A stretch of DNA of 64,000 nt from positions 76,167-140,166 of the forward strand of contig CAWJNH010000001.1 in the NCBI GenBank assembly GCA_963844215.1, read 5' to 3'. This document shows positions 12,487-24,621 of this stretch, in pieces (positions within the stretch are counted from its first letter, which is position 1; each line of letters begins with the position of its first letter). Origin of the DNA: an uncultured Actinomycetota bacterium (GTDB taxonomy: Bacteria; Actinomycetota; Actinomycetes; Mycobacteriales; Micromonosporaceae). Position numbers and translations under genes: made by a program. The notes under the pieces were generated by a model that saw only the letters and a list, made by a program, of their open reading frames with translations, did no database searches and was not told where the DNA came from.

Positions 12487-13367
12487 GCGCCCGCAGCCTG
12501 ATCTCCGAGCAAGCGCTGGCTCGGCCCCGCAACCGCCGCATCTACTTCGCCGTGCTGACCCTGACCGTGGTGGTGTTCGCCGTGGCGTTCCTGTTCCCGG
12601 TCTACTGGATGGCCAGCTCGGCCCTGGAGACGCCGCAGCAGTTCGCCGCCCAGACCCCCACGCTGCTCCCCAAGTCCGTGCATTTCTCGGCCTACCGCGA
12701 CGCGTGGACCCAGATGGACGTCGCGCACTTCTTCCTGAACACCGTGCGGTACGCGGCCGGGGGCTGGTTCATTCAGCTCGCGGTGGACGTCAGCGCCGCG
12801 TACGCCCTGTCCCGCCTGCGTCCCGTGCTGGGCGGGCTGATCTTCGGCGGGATGCTGGCCAGTCTCCTGCTGCCGACCGCCGCGCTGCTGGTGCCGGCCT
12901 ACCTGACCGTGACCGACCTGCCCCTTCTGCACATCAGTCTGCTCAACTCGCCGTGGGGGCTCTGGCTCCCGGGCGCGGCCAACGCGTTCAACATCTACGT
13001 GCTGCGCCGGTTCTTCGACCAGATCCCGGGCGACATCCTGGACGCCGCCGCGATCGACGGCGCGGGCCGGCTCCAGGTGCTGTTGCGCGTCGTCCTGCCG
13101 CTCTCCCGTCCGGTCCTCGCGGTCGTCTCCATCTTCTCCGTGGTCGGGATCTGGAAGGACTTCCTCTGGCCGCTGCTGATCCTGCAGGACCCGGACAAGC
13201 AGACCCTGTCGGTCGCGCTGCACCGGCTGTCCGCTTCGACGACCCAGGTGCCGCCGACCGAGATGATCGCCGGGCTCGCCATCGCGGCCGTACCGATGGT
13301 CGTCCTCTTCCTGTTCTTCCAGCGCTACATCCTCGGCGGGTTGTCCGCCGGGGCGCTCAAAGGCTGA
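12483..13367 (+). CDS. Sugar ABC transporter permease
   Basis: DAAAIDGA, WKDFLWPL; GTGA overlap with the upstream permease. Confidence 0.9.
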   Translation: MSARSLISEQALARPRNRRIYFAVLTLTVVVFAVAFLFPVYWMASSALETPQQFAAQTPTLLPKSVHFSAYRDAWTQMDVAHFFLNTVRYAAGGWFIQLAVDVSAAYALSRLRPVLGGLIFGGMLASLLLPTAALLVPAYLTVTDLPLLHISLLNSPWGLWLPGAANAFNIYVLRRFFDQIPGDILDAAAIDGAGRLQVLLRVVLPLSRPVLAVVSIFSVVGIWKDFLWPLLILQDPDKQTLSVALHRLSASTTQVPPTEMIAGLAIAAVPMVVLFLFFQRYILGGLSAGALKG

Positions 13368-13381
13368 AAGGAGTCCCCTTC

Positions 13382-14980
13382 GTGCCCGCAGCCGACCAGT
13401 GGTGGCGCACTGCCGTCATCTATCAGGTCTATCCCCGGTCCTTCGCCGACGGCGACGGCGACGGCATCGGTGACCTGACCGGCATCCGGCAACGCCTGCC
13501 CTACCTCGCCGATCTGGGGGTGGACGCGCTGTGGTTCAGCCCCTGGTACGCGTCCCCCCAGGCCGACGGCGGCTACGACGTCGCCGACTACCGGTCGATC
13601 GAGCCCACCCTGGGCACCCTCTCGCAGGCCGAGGACCTGATCCGCGAAGCACACGACCTGGGCCTGCGGATCATCGTGGACATCGTTCCCAACCACGTCT
13701 CGGACCGGCACTCGTGGTTCCAGGAAGCCCTCGCGGCGGGACCGGGTGCGGAGGCGCGCGAACTGTTCTGGTTCCGGCCCTCTCCCCCGAATCAGTGGCA
13801 GTCGGTGTTCGGCGGACCGGCGTGGAGCCAGGTTCCCGACGGCGAGTGGTACCTGCACATGTTCGCGGCCGAGCAGCCGGACCTGAACTGGAACAACCCG
13901 AAGGTCCGTGAAGAACACGAGAGCGTGCTGCGGTTCTGGTTCGGCAAGGGCGTCGACGGCGTACGGATCGACTCCGCGACGATGCCGGCCAAGGACGCTC
14001 TTCTACCCGACCTGACACCCGGCGCTCCGTTGCCCTATGTGGACCGCGACGAGGTGCACGACATCTACCGCGCGTGGCGCGCCGTCGCCGACAGTTTCAC
14101 GCCGCCGCGCGCACTGATCGGCGAGGTCTGGCTGGCGGACCCGGTCCGCTTCGCCCGGTACCTGCGGCCCGACGAGATGCACGCGGCGTTCAACTTCGAC
14201 TACCTGAACAGTCCGTGGGACCCGGCCGTGCTGCGCCGGGTCATCGACACCACCCTCGACGCGCACGCCTCCGTCGGCGCTCCGCCGACCTGGGTGCTGT
14301 CCAACCACGACGTCACCCGGCACGTCACCCGCCTCGGGCGGGCGGACACGTCCTTCGGGACCGGCCCCCGTCAGCACGCAGCACCTGCCGATCCGGTGCT
14401 CGGCACCCGGCGCGCCCGCGCCGCGCTGCTGCTCACGCTGGCTCTGCCCGGCGGCCACTACCTCTACCAGGGCGAGGAACTGGGGCTCGAGGAGGTCGAG
14501 GACATCCCGGCCGCACGCCGGCAGGACCCCATGTTCCACCGTACGGGTGGGGCGGACATCGGACGCGACGGCTGCCGGGTGCCGCTGCCGTGGTCCGGGA
14601 CGTCGCCACCGTTCGGATTCAGCCCGGCCGGCGCCCGGGCCGAACCGTGGCTGCCGCAGCCGTTGTCCTGGGCGGCGTACACCGTGGAGGCGCAGGACGG
14701 GCGGCCGGAGTCGATGCTGACGCTCTACCGGACCGCCCTGCACCTGCGTCGCACGTCACCTGGTTTCCGGGGTGAGGCGTTCCGCTGGCAGCCCAGCGAG
14801 GACGGGGTGCTCGCGTTCGAACGAGCCGACGGCTTCCGTTGTGTCGCCAACCTTTCCGACCGTACCGTGCCCCTGCCGTACGGCTTCGCTCCGCTGCTTG
14901 TCAGCTCACCGCTCAGCACCTCACCGGGCTCCGGTGGGCTCGCGCCCGACACCACTGCCTGGCTTCGGCCGGCCGACTGA
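13382..14980 (+). CDS. GH13 alpha-glucosidase
   Basis: WWRTAVIYQVYPRSFAD, DIVPNH, GVRIDSA, GEVW, SNHD, RDGCRVPLPW. Confidence 0.9.
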   Translation: MPAADQWWRTAVIYQVYPRSFADGDGDGIGDLTGIRQRLPYLADLGVDALWFSPWYASPQADGGYDVADYRSIEPTLGTLSQAEDLIREAHDLGLRIIVDIVPNHVSDRHSWFQEALAAGPGAEARELFWFRPSPPNQWQSVFGGPAWSQVPDGEWYLHMFAAEQPDLNWNNPKVREEHESVLRFWFGKGVDGVRIDSATMPAKDALLPDLTPGAPLPYVDRDEVHDIYRAWRAVADSFTPPRALIGEVWLADPVRFARYLRPDEMHAAFNFDYLNSPWDPAVLRRVIDTTLDAHASVGAPPTWVLSNHDVTRHVTRLGRADTSFGTGPRQHAAPADPVLGTRRARAALLLTLALPGGHYLYQGEELGLEEVEDIPAARRQDPMFHRTGGADIGRDGCRVPLPWSGTSPPFGFSPAGARAEPWLPQPLSWAAYTVEAQDGRPESMLTLYRTALHLRRTSPGFRGEAFRWQPSEDGVLAFERADGFRCVANLSDRTVPLPYGFAPLLVSSPLSTSPGSGGLAPDTTAWLRPAD

Positions 14981-14993
14981 CAGGACGAACGGC

Positions 14994-15977
14994 ATGCATC
15001 GACGACTTTCCGAAGTGGCTCGCCGCGTCGGCGTCAGCGAGGCGACGGTCAGCCGCGTCCTCAACGGCAAGCCCGGGGTGGCCGACTCGACCCGGAGTGA
15101 GGTGTTGACCGCCCTGGACGTCCTCGGTTACGAGCGGCCGACCAAGCTGCGCGGCGTACGGGCCCGGCTCGTCGGGCTGGTCATGCCGGAGCTGCAGAAC
15201 CCGATCTTCCCGGCGTTGGCCGAGGTGGCCGGCGGAGCCCTGGTCCAGCTCGGCTTCACGCCCGTGCTGTGCACGCGCACCGCCGGTGGCCTGACCGAGG
15301 CCGAGTACGTGTCGATGCTGCTTGACCAGCAGGTCTCCGGGGTCATCTTCTGCGGCGGGCTCAGCGCCGAGGAGAACGCGACCCTGCTGTCGCGTCGTGT
15401 GCCGGTCGTCCTGCTGAACGCCGCCGTCGACTACGCGTCCGGCTTTCCGCAGGTCTCCACCGACGACGCCGCCGCGGTTCAGCAGGCGTGGGCGCACCTG
15501 ACCGCACTCGGCCACACCCGGATCGGACTGCTCGTCGGCCCGGCCGATCACTCGCCGTCCCGCCGCAAGGTCGCCGCTTTCCGGAAACTCGCCCCGGACA
15601 TCGAGCACTACCCGATCGGGCATGCGTTGTTCTCCTTCGAAGGCGGCCAAGCCACCACCACCGACCTCCTCACCACCGGCATCACCGCCCTCATCTGCGG
15701 CAGCGACGTCCTCGCCCTCGGCGCCATCCGCGCCGCCCGCCGCACCGGCCGCACCGTCCCCACCGACCTCTCCGTCGTCGGCTATGACGACTCCGCCTTC
15801 ATGAACTACACCGACCCACCCCTCACCACCCTCCGCCAACCCATCGACGCCATGTCCCGCGCCGCCGTCACCCTCCTCACCAACCAAATCACCGGCGACA
15901 ACCCCACCCCCAAAGAACTCCTCCACGAACCCGAACTCGTCGTCCGCAACTCCACCGCCCCGTGCCGGTCCGTCTGA
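14994..15977 (+). CDS. LacI-family transcriptional regulator (paralogue of 5894-6871)
   Basis: LSEVARRVGVSEATVSRVLN; C-terminal segment essentially identical to the paralogue. Confidence 0.9.
   Translation: MHRRLSEVARRVGVSEATVSRVLNGKPGVADSTRSEVLTALDVLGYERPTKLRGVRARLVGLVMPELQNPIFPALAEVAGGALVQLGFTPVLCTRTAGGLTEAEYVSMLLDQQVSGVIFCGGLSAEENATLLSRRVPVVLLNAAVDYASGFPQVSTDDAAAVQQAWAHLTALGHTRIGLLVGPADHSPSRRKVAAFRKLAPDIEHYPIGHALFSFEGGQATTTDLLTTGITALICGSDVLALGAIRAARRTGRTVPTDLSVVGYDDSAFMNYTDPPLTTLRQPIDAMSRAAVTLLTNQITGDNPTPKELLHEPELVVRNSTAPCRSV
15616..15958 (+). repeat. 343-bp inverted repeat, copy 2
   Basis: Matches the reverse complement of 5916-6258. Confidence 0.9.
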
Positions 15978-16024
15978 CACGCGACGGCCGGCCCCACTTG
16001 GCGCCGACCCGCTGACCGCCGACC

Positions 16025-17071
16025 CTATTTACCGGTGATCAGGCGCTGGGCGAGCGCCGGGTCGAAGACGCCGGCCGCGGTGGTGGGCGCGACGCCGCAC
16101 CGGCCGTCGGAGTTGCCGGGGTTCTTGACCCACAGTTCGAGAGCCGCCGGATCGGCCACCGAGATCTCGCCCAGCTTGCGGCCGCGCGGATTGCACCACT
16201 GCCCGGTGCCGCTGCTGCCGTTGCCGTTGCGGCTGGTGTCGATGAGGTACGAAGCCGGCCGGTGCAGGGCGGCCCGGACCTGTCGGGCGTACCGCCGGGA
16301 CTCGGCCGTGCCGATGAAGTTGGACACGTTGACGGAGAAGCCGTGGACCCGGGCCACGCCCGCCGCCCGGAGCCGCTGGGCAATGGTCGCCGGACCTATC
16401 CAGCCGGCGTGTCCGGCATCGATGTAGGTCCACGTGTTCGGGGCCTGCGCGGCGAGAATCCGGGTGGCCGCGTTGAGCAGCCGGAGCCGGGCGGTGACCT
16501 GCGCCGCGCTCAGGCACCTGAGATCGCCCAGCGCGTCCGGCTCGAGGACGACGATCGCGGGCCGTACGCCGATCGCCGCCGCGAACGCGGTCATCCACGT
16601 CCGGTAGGCCGCCGGGCCGGTCGCCCCGCCGGCCGACTCCGCACCACAGGCGTCCCGGTCCGGCAGATTGTACGCCACCAGCACCGGCAGCTTGCCGGCG
16701 GCCTGCGCGGAGGCGGTGTAGTCGGCGACGGCTGGTCCCAGGTCGGCGTCGCTGGTGCCGGTGAACCAGTGCGCCATGGGCTGCAGGCTGATGGCGGCCC
16801 GGATGCCGGCCGCCCGGGTGTCCTGCGGATGTGCGGCGACCCAGCGGGCGGCGGGCAGTTGCGGGTCGACGAAGAGCCCGCTGGTCCGGCTCAGCGGGTT
16901 GCCGTTCCCCGTCGGGGTGGCGGCGGGAGTGGCCGCCGCGCGCGCATTCGGTGCACCGGCGGCCGGTCCCACCGCGGCGTCGGCCGACAACAGCGGCACG
17001 GCGGCGAGTGACGCCATGGCGACGACCGCCGTCAGCAGGGCCGCGGTCCGTCTGGTCACGCTCTGCCTCAC
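16025..17071 (-). CDS. Secreted GH6 endoglucanase
   Basis: VAYNLPDRDAC, VLEPDAL, YIDAGH, FSVNVSN, IDTSRNG, WCNP, WVKNPGNSDG; start codon uncertain (17059/17071). Confidence 0.85.
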   Translation of the reverse strand: MRQSVTRRTAALLTAVVAMASLAAVPLLSADAAVGPAAGAPNARAAATPAATPTGNGNPLSRTSGLFVDPQLPAARWVAAHPQDTRAAGIRAAISLQPMAHWFTGTSDADLGPAVADYTASAQAAGKLPVLVAYNLPDRDACGAESAGGATGPAAYRTWMTAFAAAIGVRPAIVVLEPDALGDLRCLSAAQVTARLRLLNAATRILAAQAPNTWTYIDAGHAGWIGPATIAQRLRAAGVARVHGFSVNVSNFIGTAESRRYARQVRAALHRPASYLIDTSRNGNGSSGTGQWCNPRGRKLGEISVADPAALELWVKNPGNSDGRCGVAPTTAAGVFDPALAQRLITGK

Positions 17072-17102
17072 AGCGGTACGGCGATACAGGTCAGCCGTTC
17101 CC

Positions 17103-17128
17103 ATCGACCGGCCGTCGCCGGACCTGAG
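17103..17128 (-). promoter_or_regulatory. FliA/WhiG-type promoter candidate for GH6
   Basis: CTCA-N16-GTCGAT on the minus strand; overlaps a 15-bp tandem duplication CCGGACCTGAGGAGT x2. Confidence 0.45.
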
Positions 17129-17161
17129 GAGTCCGGACCTGAGGAGTTCAGTGGCGGCCGG

Positions 17162-17470
17162 TCAGTCCGAGGCCATCCGGATCAGGGCATTGCCGCCCAG
17201 CAACAGCACGTCGGCACCGGCGATGAACGCCATTCCCCGATGCAGCCGGCGTGCGCCGATCTCCGGATCGGTCGCCACGAACCCCTGCACCACGTTGACC
17301 AGCCCGGCCACCAGCAGCGGCACCCCGCCGATCAACAGCAACCCGACTGGCCGCGGGGTGTCGCCGCGCGCCACCAGCAGGGCGACCATCCCCGTCGGGA
17401 GGATGCCGAAGAAGACGGCGGCGAGGCCCGCGTACCACTTCAGGGGCCGCGTCGGGTCGGTGGTCTGCAC
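17162..17470 (-). CDS. Small membrane protein (about 3 TM)
   Basis: Three hydrophobic stretches. Confidence 0.6.
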   Translation of the reverse strand: MQTTDPTRPLKWYAGLAAVFFGILPTGMVALLVARGDTPRPVGLLLIGGVPLLVAGLVNVVQGFVATDPEIGARRLHRGMAFIAGADVLLLGGNALIRMASD

Positions 17471-17492
17471 CCGCCGATCCTAACGGGCGGAT

Positions 17493-18281
17493 TCAGTGCT
17501 TGACCGCGACGCCGCCACTCATCTGCACGTCGGCGTCGGTGGCCTCGTCCGTCGGGTCGTCGGGGCGCCACCGGTGCACGAGGGTGACACCGGGCTCGAG
17601 AATGTCCAGGCCGCGGAACAGGCCGGTCACCTCGTCGTCGGTGCGCGCCTTCGCCGGGAGCCCGCGCCGGGTGTACTCCTCGGCCGCCGCGACGGCCTGT
17701 GGATTGTGGGCGGTCACGGTGGAGATGGTGAGGGCGCTCCCGGACGGGAGCGCGGCCATCAGCGTGTCGATGATCTGGTGTGCCTGCGGTTCGTCCGGAA
17801 TGAACTGCAGGACCGCAATCAGGCTCAACGCCACCGGCCGGCTCAGGTCCAGGGTCCGGACGACCTCATCGGAGGACAGGATCGCCGCCGGGTCCCGCAA
17901 ATCGGCGTCCAGGTAGGCCGTGGTTCCCTGCGGTGTCGGCGTCAGCAGAGCCCGGGCGTGGACCAGGACGATCGGATCGTTGTCGACGTAGACGACCCGG
18001 GCCGTCGGCGTCACCTCCTGCACGACGTCGTGCAGATTCGGCGCCGTCGGCAATCCCGTTCCGATGTCCAGGAACTGGTCGAGGCCACGCTCGACCGCCA
18101 GATACCGCGCCGTCCGGGCCATGTAGTACCGGTTCGCGCGCATCGAGACCGGCAACCCGGGTGACGCGGCCACGATAGTGGCCGCGGCGGCCCGGTCCGC
18201 GGCGTAGTTGTCCTTGCCGCCGAGCAGGAAATCGTAAATGCGGGCGGAGTGCGGCACCGACGTATTCAGCTCAGCGGACAT
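17493..18281 (-). CDS. SAM-dependent methyltransferase (actinobacterial Methyltransf_19 type)
   Basis: HSARIYDFLLGGKDNY, QFLDIGTGLP, VYVDNDP. Confidence 0.9.
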   Translation of the reverse strand: MSAELNTSVPHSARIYDFLLGGKDNYAADRAAAATIVAASPGLPVSMRANRYYMARTARYLAVERGLDQFLDIGTGLPTAPNLHDVVQEVTPTARVVYVDNDPIVLVHARALLTPTPQGTTAYLDADLRDPAAILSSDEVVRTLDLSRPVALSLIAVLQFIPDEPQAHQIIDTLMAALPSGSALTISTVTAHNPQAVAAAEEYTRRGLPAKARTDDEVTGLFRGLDILEPGVTLVHRWRPDDPTDEATDADVQMSGGVAVKH

Positions 18282-18381
18282 GCCGAGACGCTACAACACT
18301 GTCCGACATGGCTCAGGCGTGGCGGTAGGAACGGCGGCGCCGGGACGGGTGCTGCGGGGTGGCGGCCGGTTCCGCGGCGGA

Positions 18382-18660
18382 TCAGAACGGCGCGGGGCCG
18401 CTGCCGGCGAGCGACACCAGCGTCTGCGTGGCGAGCAGCTTCCGGACGCCGGTGACGGACACCACCCCGACCTGGTCGTACGGCAACTCCAGGTGCAGCC
18501 CGTCACCGGCGACCTCGATGCCGGCGCTCGTCTGATCCGGGCGGAAAGTGCCGCTCCAACCGGCGATGCCCCTGTTCTGATTGGTGCTGAGCGAAGCCAT
18601 GCCGGACACGTGGGTGCCGTCGACGAGGGTCAGCCTCGCCGGGCCGGAGTAGGTCGTCAT
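18382..18660 (-). CDS. Small hypothetical protein (DUF4873-like)
   Basis: MTTYSGPARL..WSGT..LAGSGPAPF. Confidence 0.6.
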   Translation of the reverse strand: MTTYSGPARLTLVDGTHVSGMASLSTNQNRGIAGWSGTFRPDQTSAGIEVAGDGLHLELPYDQVGVVSVTGVRKLLATQTLVSLAGSGPAPF

Positions 18661-18800
18661 AGTTGCCAACCGTAACCGGAACCCCGGGGCGGGGATCCGG
18701 CCGAGGGCAGTGCCGACCGCTGAGCTGCGGAAATGGACGGCGGTCGATTCGGCCACGGAACCGTCAGTCCCGAAACGGATTCAGGTCAACACCCACGGCC

Positions 18801-18860
18801 ATCGTGCGCCGGCGTGCCCGGTCGGTCGCGGAGGGCCGACCGGGCGCGCCGGCGGAACGA

Positions 18861-18861
<1 letters not shown>
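18801..18861. terminator. Hairpin after katG
   Basis: CGCCGGCGTGCCCGGTCGG...CCGACCGGGCGCGCCGGCG. Confidence 0.65.
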
Positions 18862-21635
<2,774 letters not shown>

Positions 21636-21774
21636 TTATGGCGCAGGCACCCCGCGCGGCCCGACGTCGATGACCGCGTCGAGAAGGCCGGTCAGCCGGA
21701 AGTAGTCCGACAGCGCGCCGGTGGCGCCGATCGGGTGAAGCAAGTCGCCGAGACGGTCGCCCGCCTTTCGCGTT

Positions 21775-21823
21775 CACAGAAACCGCATAGGATGCGCATA
21801 GGGTGCGGGCCTCGAATTCTCAG
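21775..21823 (+). promoter_or_regulatory. 11-bp-phased direct repeats (OmpR-family site candidate)
   Basis: CACAG 21775, CATAG 21786, CATAG 21797, CTCAG 21819. Confidence 0.5.
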
Positions 21824-21846
21824 CATCCCGTCCGATCGTTGGGGAC

Positions 21847-23265
21847 ATGACGGCAACGGCCCCCTTCCAACGACAAACCCCAGCACCACCTCGAGCCAGC
21901 CGGACGGCTCTTCCCGCGACGCCCCGCTGGTGGGCCGACGCGGGCGGCGTGGCGGCAGCGGTCAGCCTGCTGATCGTCACCGCACTGTGGGTCAGCAACG
22001 GCGGCGTCGGGCAGATCATCGGCGGCGGCGCCGACGCGGTGTCTGCGGTCGGCCGGCTGACCGGGCTGTGGGCGTCCGACCTGCTCTTGCTGCAAGTGCT
22101 GCTGATGGCCCGCATTCCCATGGTGGAGCGGGCATTCGGCCAGGATCGGCTGGCCCGCTGGCACCGCTGGACCGGGTTCTCGTCGTTCTGGCTGATGATC
22201 GCCCACATCATCCTGATCACCATCGGCTATACCGGCACCGACTCACCGAACTTCTTCGGCGAACTGTGGGACCTGATCTGGACCTACCCCGGCATGCTGC
22301 TCGCGACCGCGGGCACCGCCGCGCTGATCCTGGTCGTGGTCACCTCGATCCGGGCCGCCCGCCGCAAACTGCGCTACGAGTCCTGGCACCTGCTTCATCT
22401 CTACGCGTACGCCGGTGTCGGCCTCGCCCTGCCGCACCAGCTCTGGACCGGCACCGACTTCATCGGCAACACCCCGGCCACCGTGTACTGGTGGACGCTC
22501 TACGCCGTCTCGGCCGGCGCCGTCCTCGCGTACCGGATCGGCTTGCCGCTCTGGCGCAACCTGCGCCACCGCCTGGTGGTCGACCGGGTGGTCCCCGAAG
22601 GACCCGGTCTCACCTCCGTCTATCTGAGCGGCCGGAACCTCGGCCGGCTGCCGGTGCGGGCCGGGCAGTTCTTCCAATGGCGATTCCTCGACGGCCCCGG
22701 CTGGACCCGCTCGCACCCGTACTCGCTGTCGGCCACCCCGGACGGGCACCAGTTGCGGATCACCGTCAAGGATCTGGGCGACGGCAGCGCCCGCGTCGCG
22801 TCGCTCCGGCCGGGCACGAAGGCCCTCATCGAGGGACCGTACGGCAAGCTCACCGGCGAGACCTACACCGGCGGCCCGGTGGTCATGCTGGCCGGCGGCA
22901 TCGGCATCACCCCGCTGCTCGCCCTGCTCGGGGAGCTGCCCTACGGGCCCCACCAGACCACTCTGATCTACCGCGCCCGCAACGAAGCCGAGATCGCCTT
23001 CCGCGACGAGCTCGAATGGTTCGCCGCCCACCGCGGGGTCCACCTGATCTATCTGCTCGGCCCCCGCGCGACCCGGCCGTCCTGGCTGCCCGCCCCGTAC
23101 GCCGGCCACGCCGACGCGGACGCGCTGCGGCACATGGCGCCCGCGATCGCCGGCTCGCAGGTCTACCTGTGCGGACCGCCGGCGTGGACCGACGCCGCCC
23201 GGGAAGCGGCCCGCGAAGCCGGGGTCGCCCCGGAGAACCTGCACACCGAACTGTTCGCCTGGTAA
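21847..23265 (+). CDS. Ferric reductase-like membrane oxidoreductase with FAD/NAD-binding domain
   Basis: TM His motifs RWHR, AHII, WHLLHLY, PHQ; HPYSLS, EGPYG, AGGIGITP, YLCGP. Confidence 0.9.
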   Translation: MTATAPFQRQTPAPPRASRTALPATPRWWADAGGVAAAVSLLIVTALWVSNGGVGQIIGGGADAVSAVGRLTGLWASDLLLLQVLLMARIPMVERAFGQDRLARWHRWTGFSSFWLMIAHIILITIGYTGTDSPNFFGELWDLIWTYPGMLLATAGTAALILVVVTSIRAARRKLRYESWHLLHLYAYAGVGLALPHQLWTGTDFIGNTPATVYWWTLYAVSAGAVLAYRIGLPLWRNLRHRLVVDRVVPEGPGLTSVYLSGRNLGRLPVRAGQFFQWRFLDGPGWTRSHPYSLSATPDGHQLRITVKDLGDGSARVASLRPGTKALIEGPYGKLTGETYTGGPVVMLAGGIGITPLLALLGELPYGPHQTTLIYRARNEAEIAFRDELEWFAAHRGVHLIYLLGPRATRPSWLPAPYAGHADADALRHMAPAIAGSQVYLCGPPAWTDAAREAAREAGVAPENLHTELFAW

Positions 23266-23281
23266 AGAGGATCGATAACCC

Positions 23282-23758
23282 ATGCGCAAGATCACGCTCT
23301 GGTTGATGTCCACGGTCGCCGCCCTCGTCCTGCTGTTCAGCTACCGCACCAGCACGGACAGCGGCAGCCCGGTCGCCGCCACTCTGCCCGCAGCCGCCAC
23401 CCCCTCCCCCACTTCCTCGTCGGCCGCCGCACCCAGCCCGAGCGCCTCCAGCTCGGCCACGTCCGGCTCGTCCTCGGCGACCAAGACCTATACCGGGTCC
23501 ACTGCGTCCACCCGCTGGGGCGATGTGCAGGTCAGCATCACCGTCACCAACGGCAAGATCACCAACGTCCAGGTGCCGGTCTACCCGAACAACAACGGCC
23601 GCGACCAGGAGATCAACGCGTACGCCCTGCCGGTACTCACCCAGGAGACCCTGACCGCGCAGAACGCGAACATCGACACGGTCTCCGGCGCCACCGTCAC
23701 CAGTGACGGCTACCTGCAGTCGCTGCAGTCCGCCCTCGACGCCGCGCACCTCTCATGA
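23282..23758 (+). CDS. Extracytoplasmic FMN-binding protein
   Basis: TRWGDVQV; flavinylation motif IDTVSGATVTS. Confidence 0.9.
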   Translation: MRKITLWLMSTVAALVLLFSYRTSTDSGSPVAATLPAAATPSPTSSSAAAPSPSASSSATSGSSSATKTYTGSTASTRWGDVQVSITVTNGKITNVQVPVYPNNNGRDQEINAYALPVLTQETLTAQNANIDTVSGATVTSDGYLQSLQSALDAAHLS

Positions 23759-24549
23759 CCGCCGTGACATTGGACCGGCGGGCGTGGGTGGAGCAGATCA
23801 TGGGCCTCCCGGTCAGCATCCACGTCCGCGGCCACCCCACGGGTTCGGACGAGGTCCAGACCCGGGTCGCCGCCGTCTTCGCCGAACTGCGCCACGTGGA
23901 TGAGGTGCTCAGCCCGTACCGCGACGACAGCGACCTCTCCCGCTGGGAACGCCGCGAACTCCGTCTCACGGACGCCGACCCGATGCTCGGCGAGGTCATC
24001 CGGCTGTGCGACGAGGCCGGTGCACGCACCGACGGCTGGTTCAACCCCCGCGGGCTGCCGGACCCCCGCCACGGGAACCCTCGCTACGATCCGTCCGGGC
24101 TGGTGAAGGGCTGGGCGGTGGAACGCGCCGCCCGGCACCTGGCCGGCCGGCACGACCTCGGCTGGTGCATCAATGCCGGCGGTGACGTCCGCACGTACGC
24201 GCCCGCGGGGCAACCAGGTTGGCGCGTCGGCATCGAACACCCCATCGACCCGAGCCGGATCATGCAGGTCGTGGAACTCCGAAGCGGCGCGGCCGCGACC
24301 TCCGGCAGCACCCACCGTGGACACCACATCATCGACCCCTACACGCACCGGCCCGCCACCGCCGTGCGGGCGGTCACGGTCACCGGGCCCAGCCTGCTCT
24401 GGGCCGACGTGTACGCCACCGCGGCCGCCGCCCGCGGGACGACCGCTCCGGCATGGCTCGAAGGCATCGATCACCATGAGGGCGTGCTGGTCTCCACCGG
24501 CGGGCTTCTCCGCGCCACCAGCGGCTGGTCGCGCGCCGTGACGGAGTGA
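23755..24549 (+). CDS. apbE: FAD:protein FMN transferase
   Basis: MGLPVS, DPSGLVKGWAV, INAGGD, AATSG, HIIDP, ADVYATA. Confidence 0.9.
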   Translation: MTAVTLDRRAWVEQIMGLPVSIHVRGHPTGSDEVQTRVAAVFAELRHVDEVLSPYRDDSDLSRWERRELRLTDADPMLGEVIRLCDEAGARTDGWFNPRGLPDPRHGNPRYDPSGLVKGWAVERAARHLAGRHDLGWCINAGGDVRTYAPAGQPGWRVGIEHPIDPSRIMQVVELRSGAAATSGSTHRGHHIIDPYTHRPATAVRAVTVTGPSLLWADVYATAAAARGTTAPAWLEGIDHHEGVLVSTGGLLRATSGWSRAVTE

Positions 24550-24621
24550 CCGGAATTGCCACCCGGCACACCGGTGGAGCGGGCCGCGCTTCGCACCGCG
24601 CGGTCATGGACACCCTTTCCG

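Noticed and set aside
5916-15958. Composite transposon or recombinase-driven inverton
   Set aside because: Repeats are LacI coding sequence; no transposase, recombinase or target-site duplication seen
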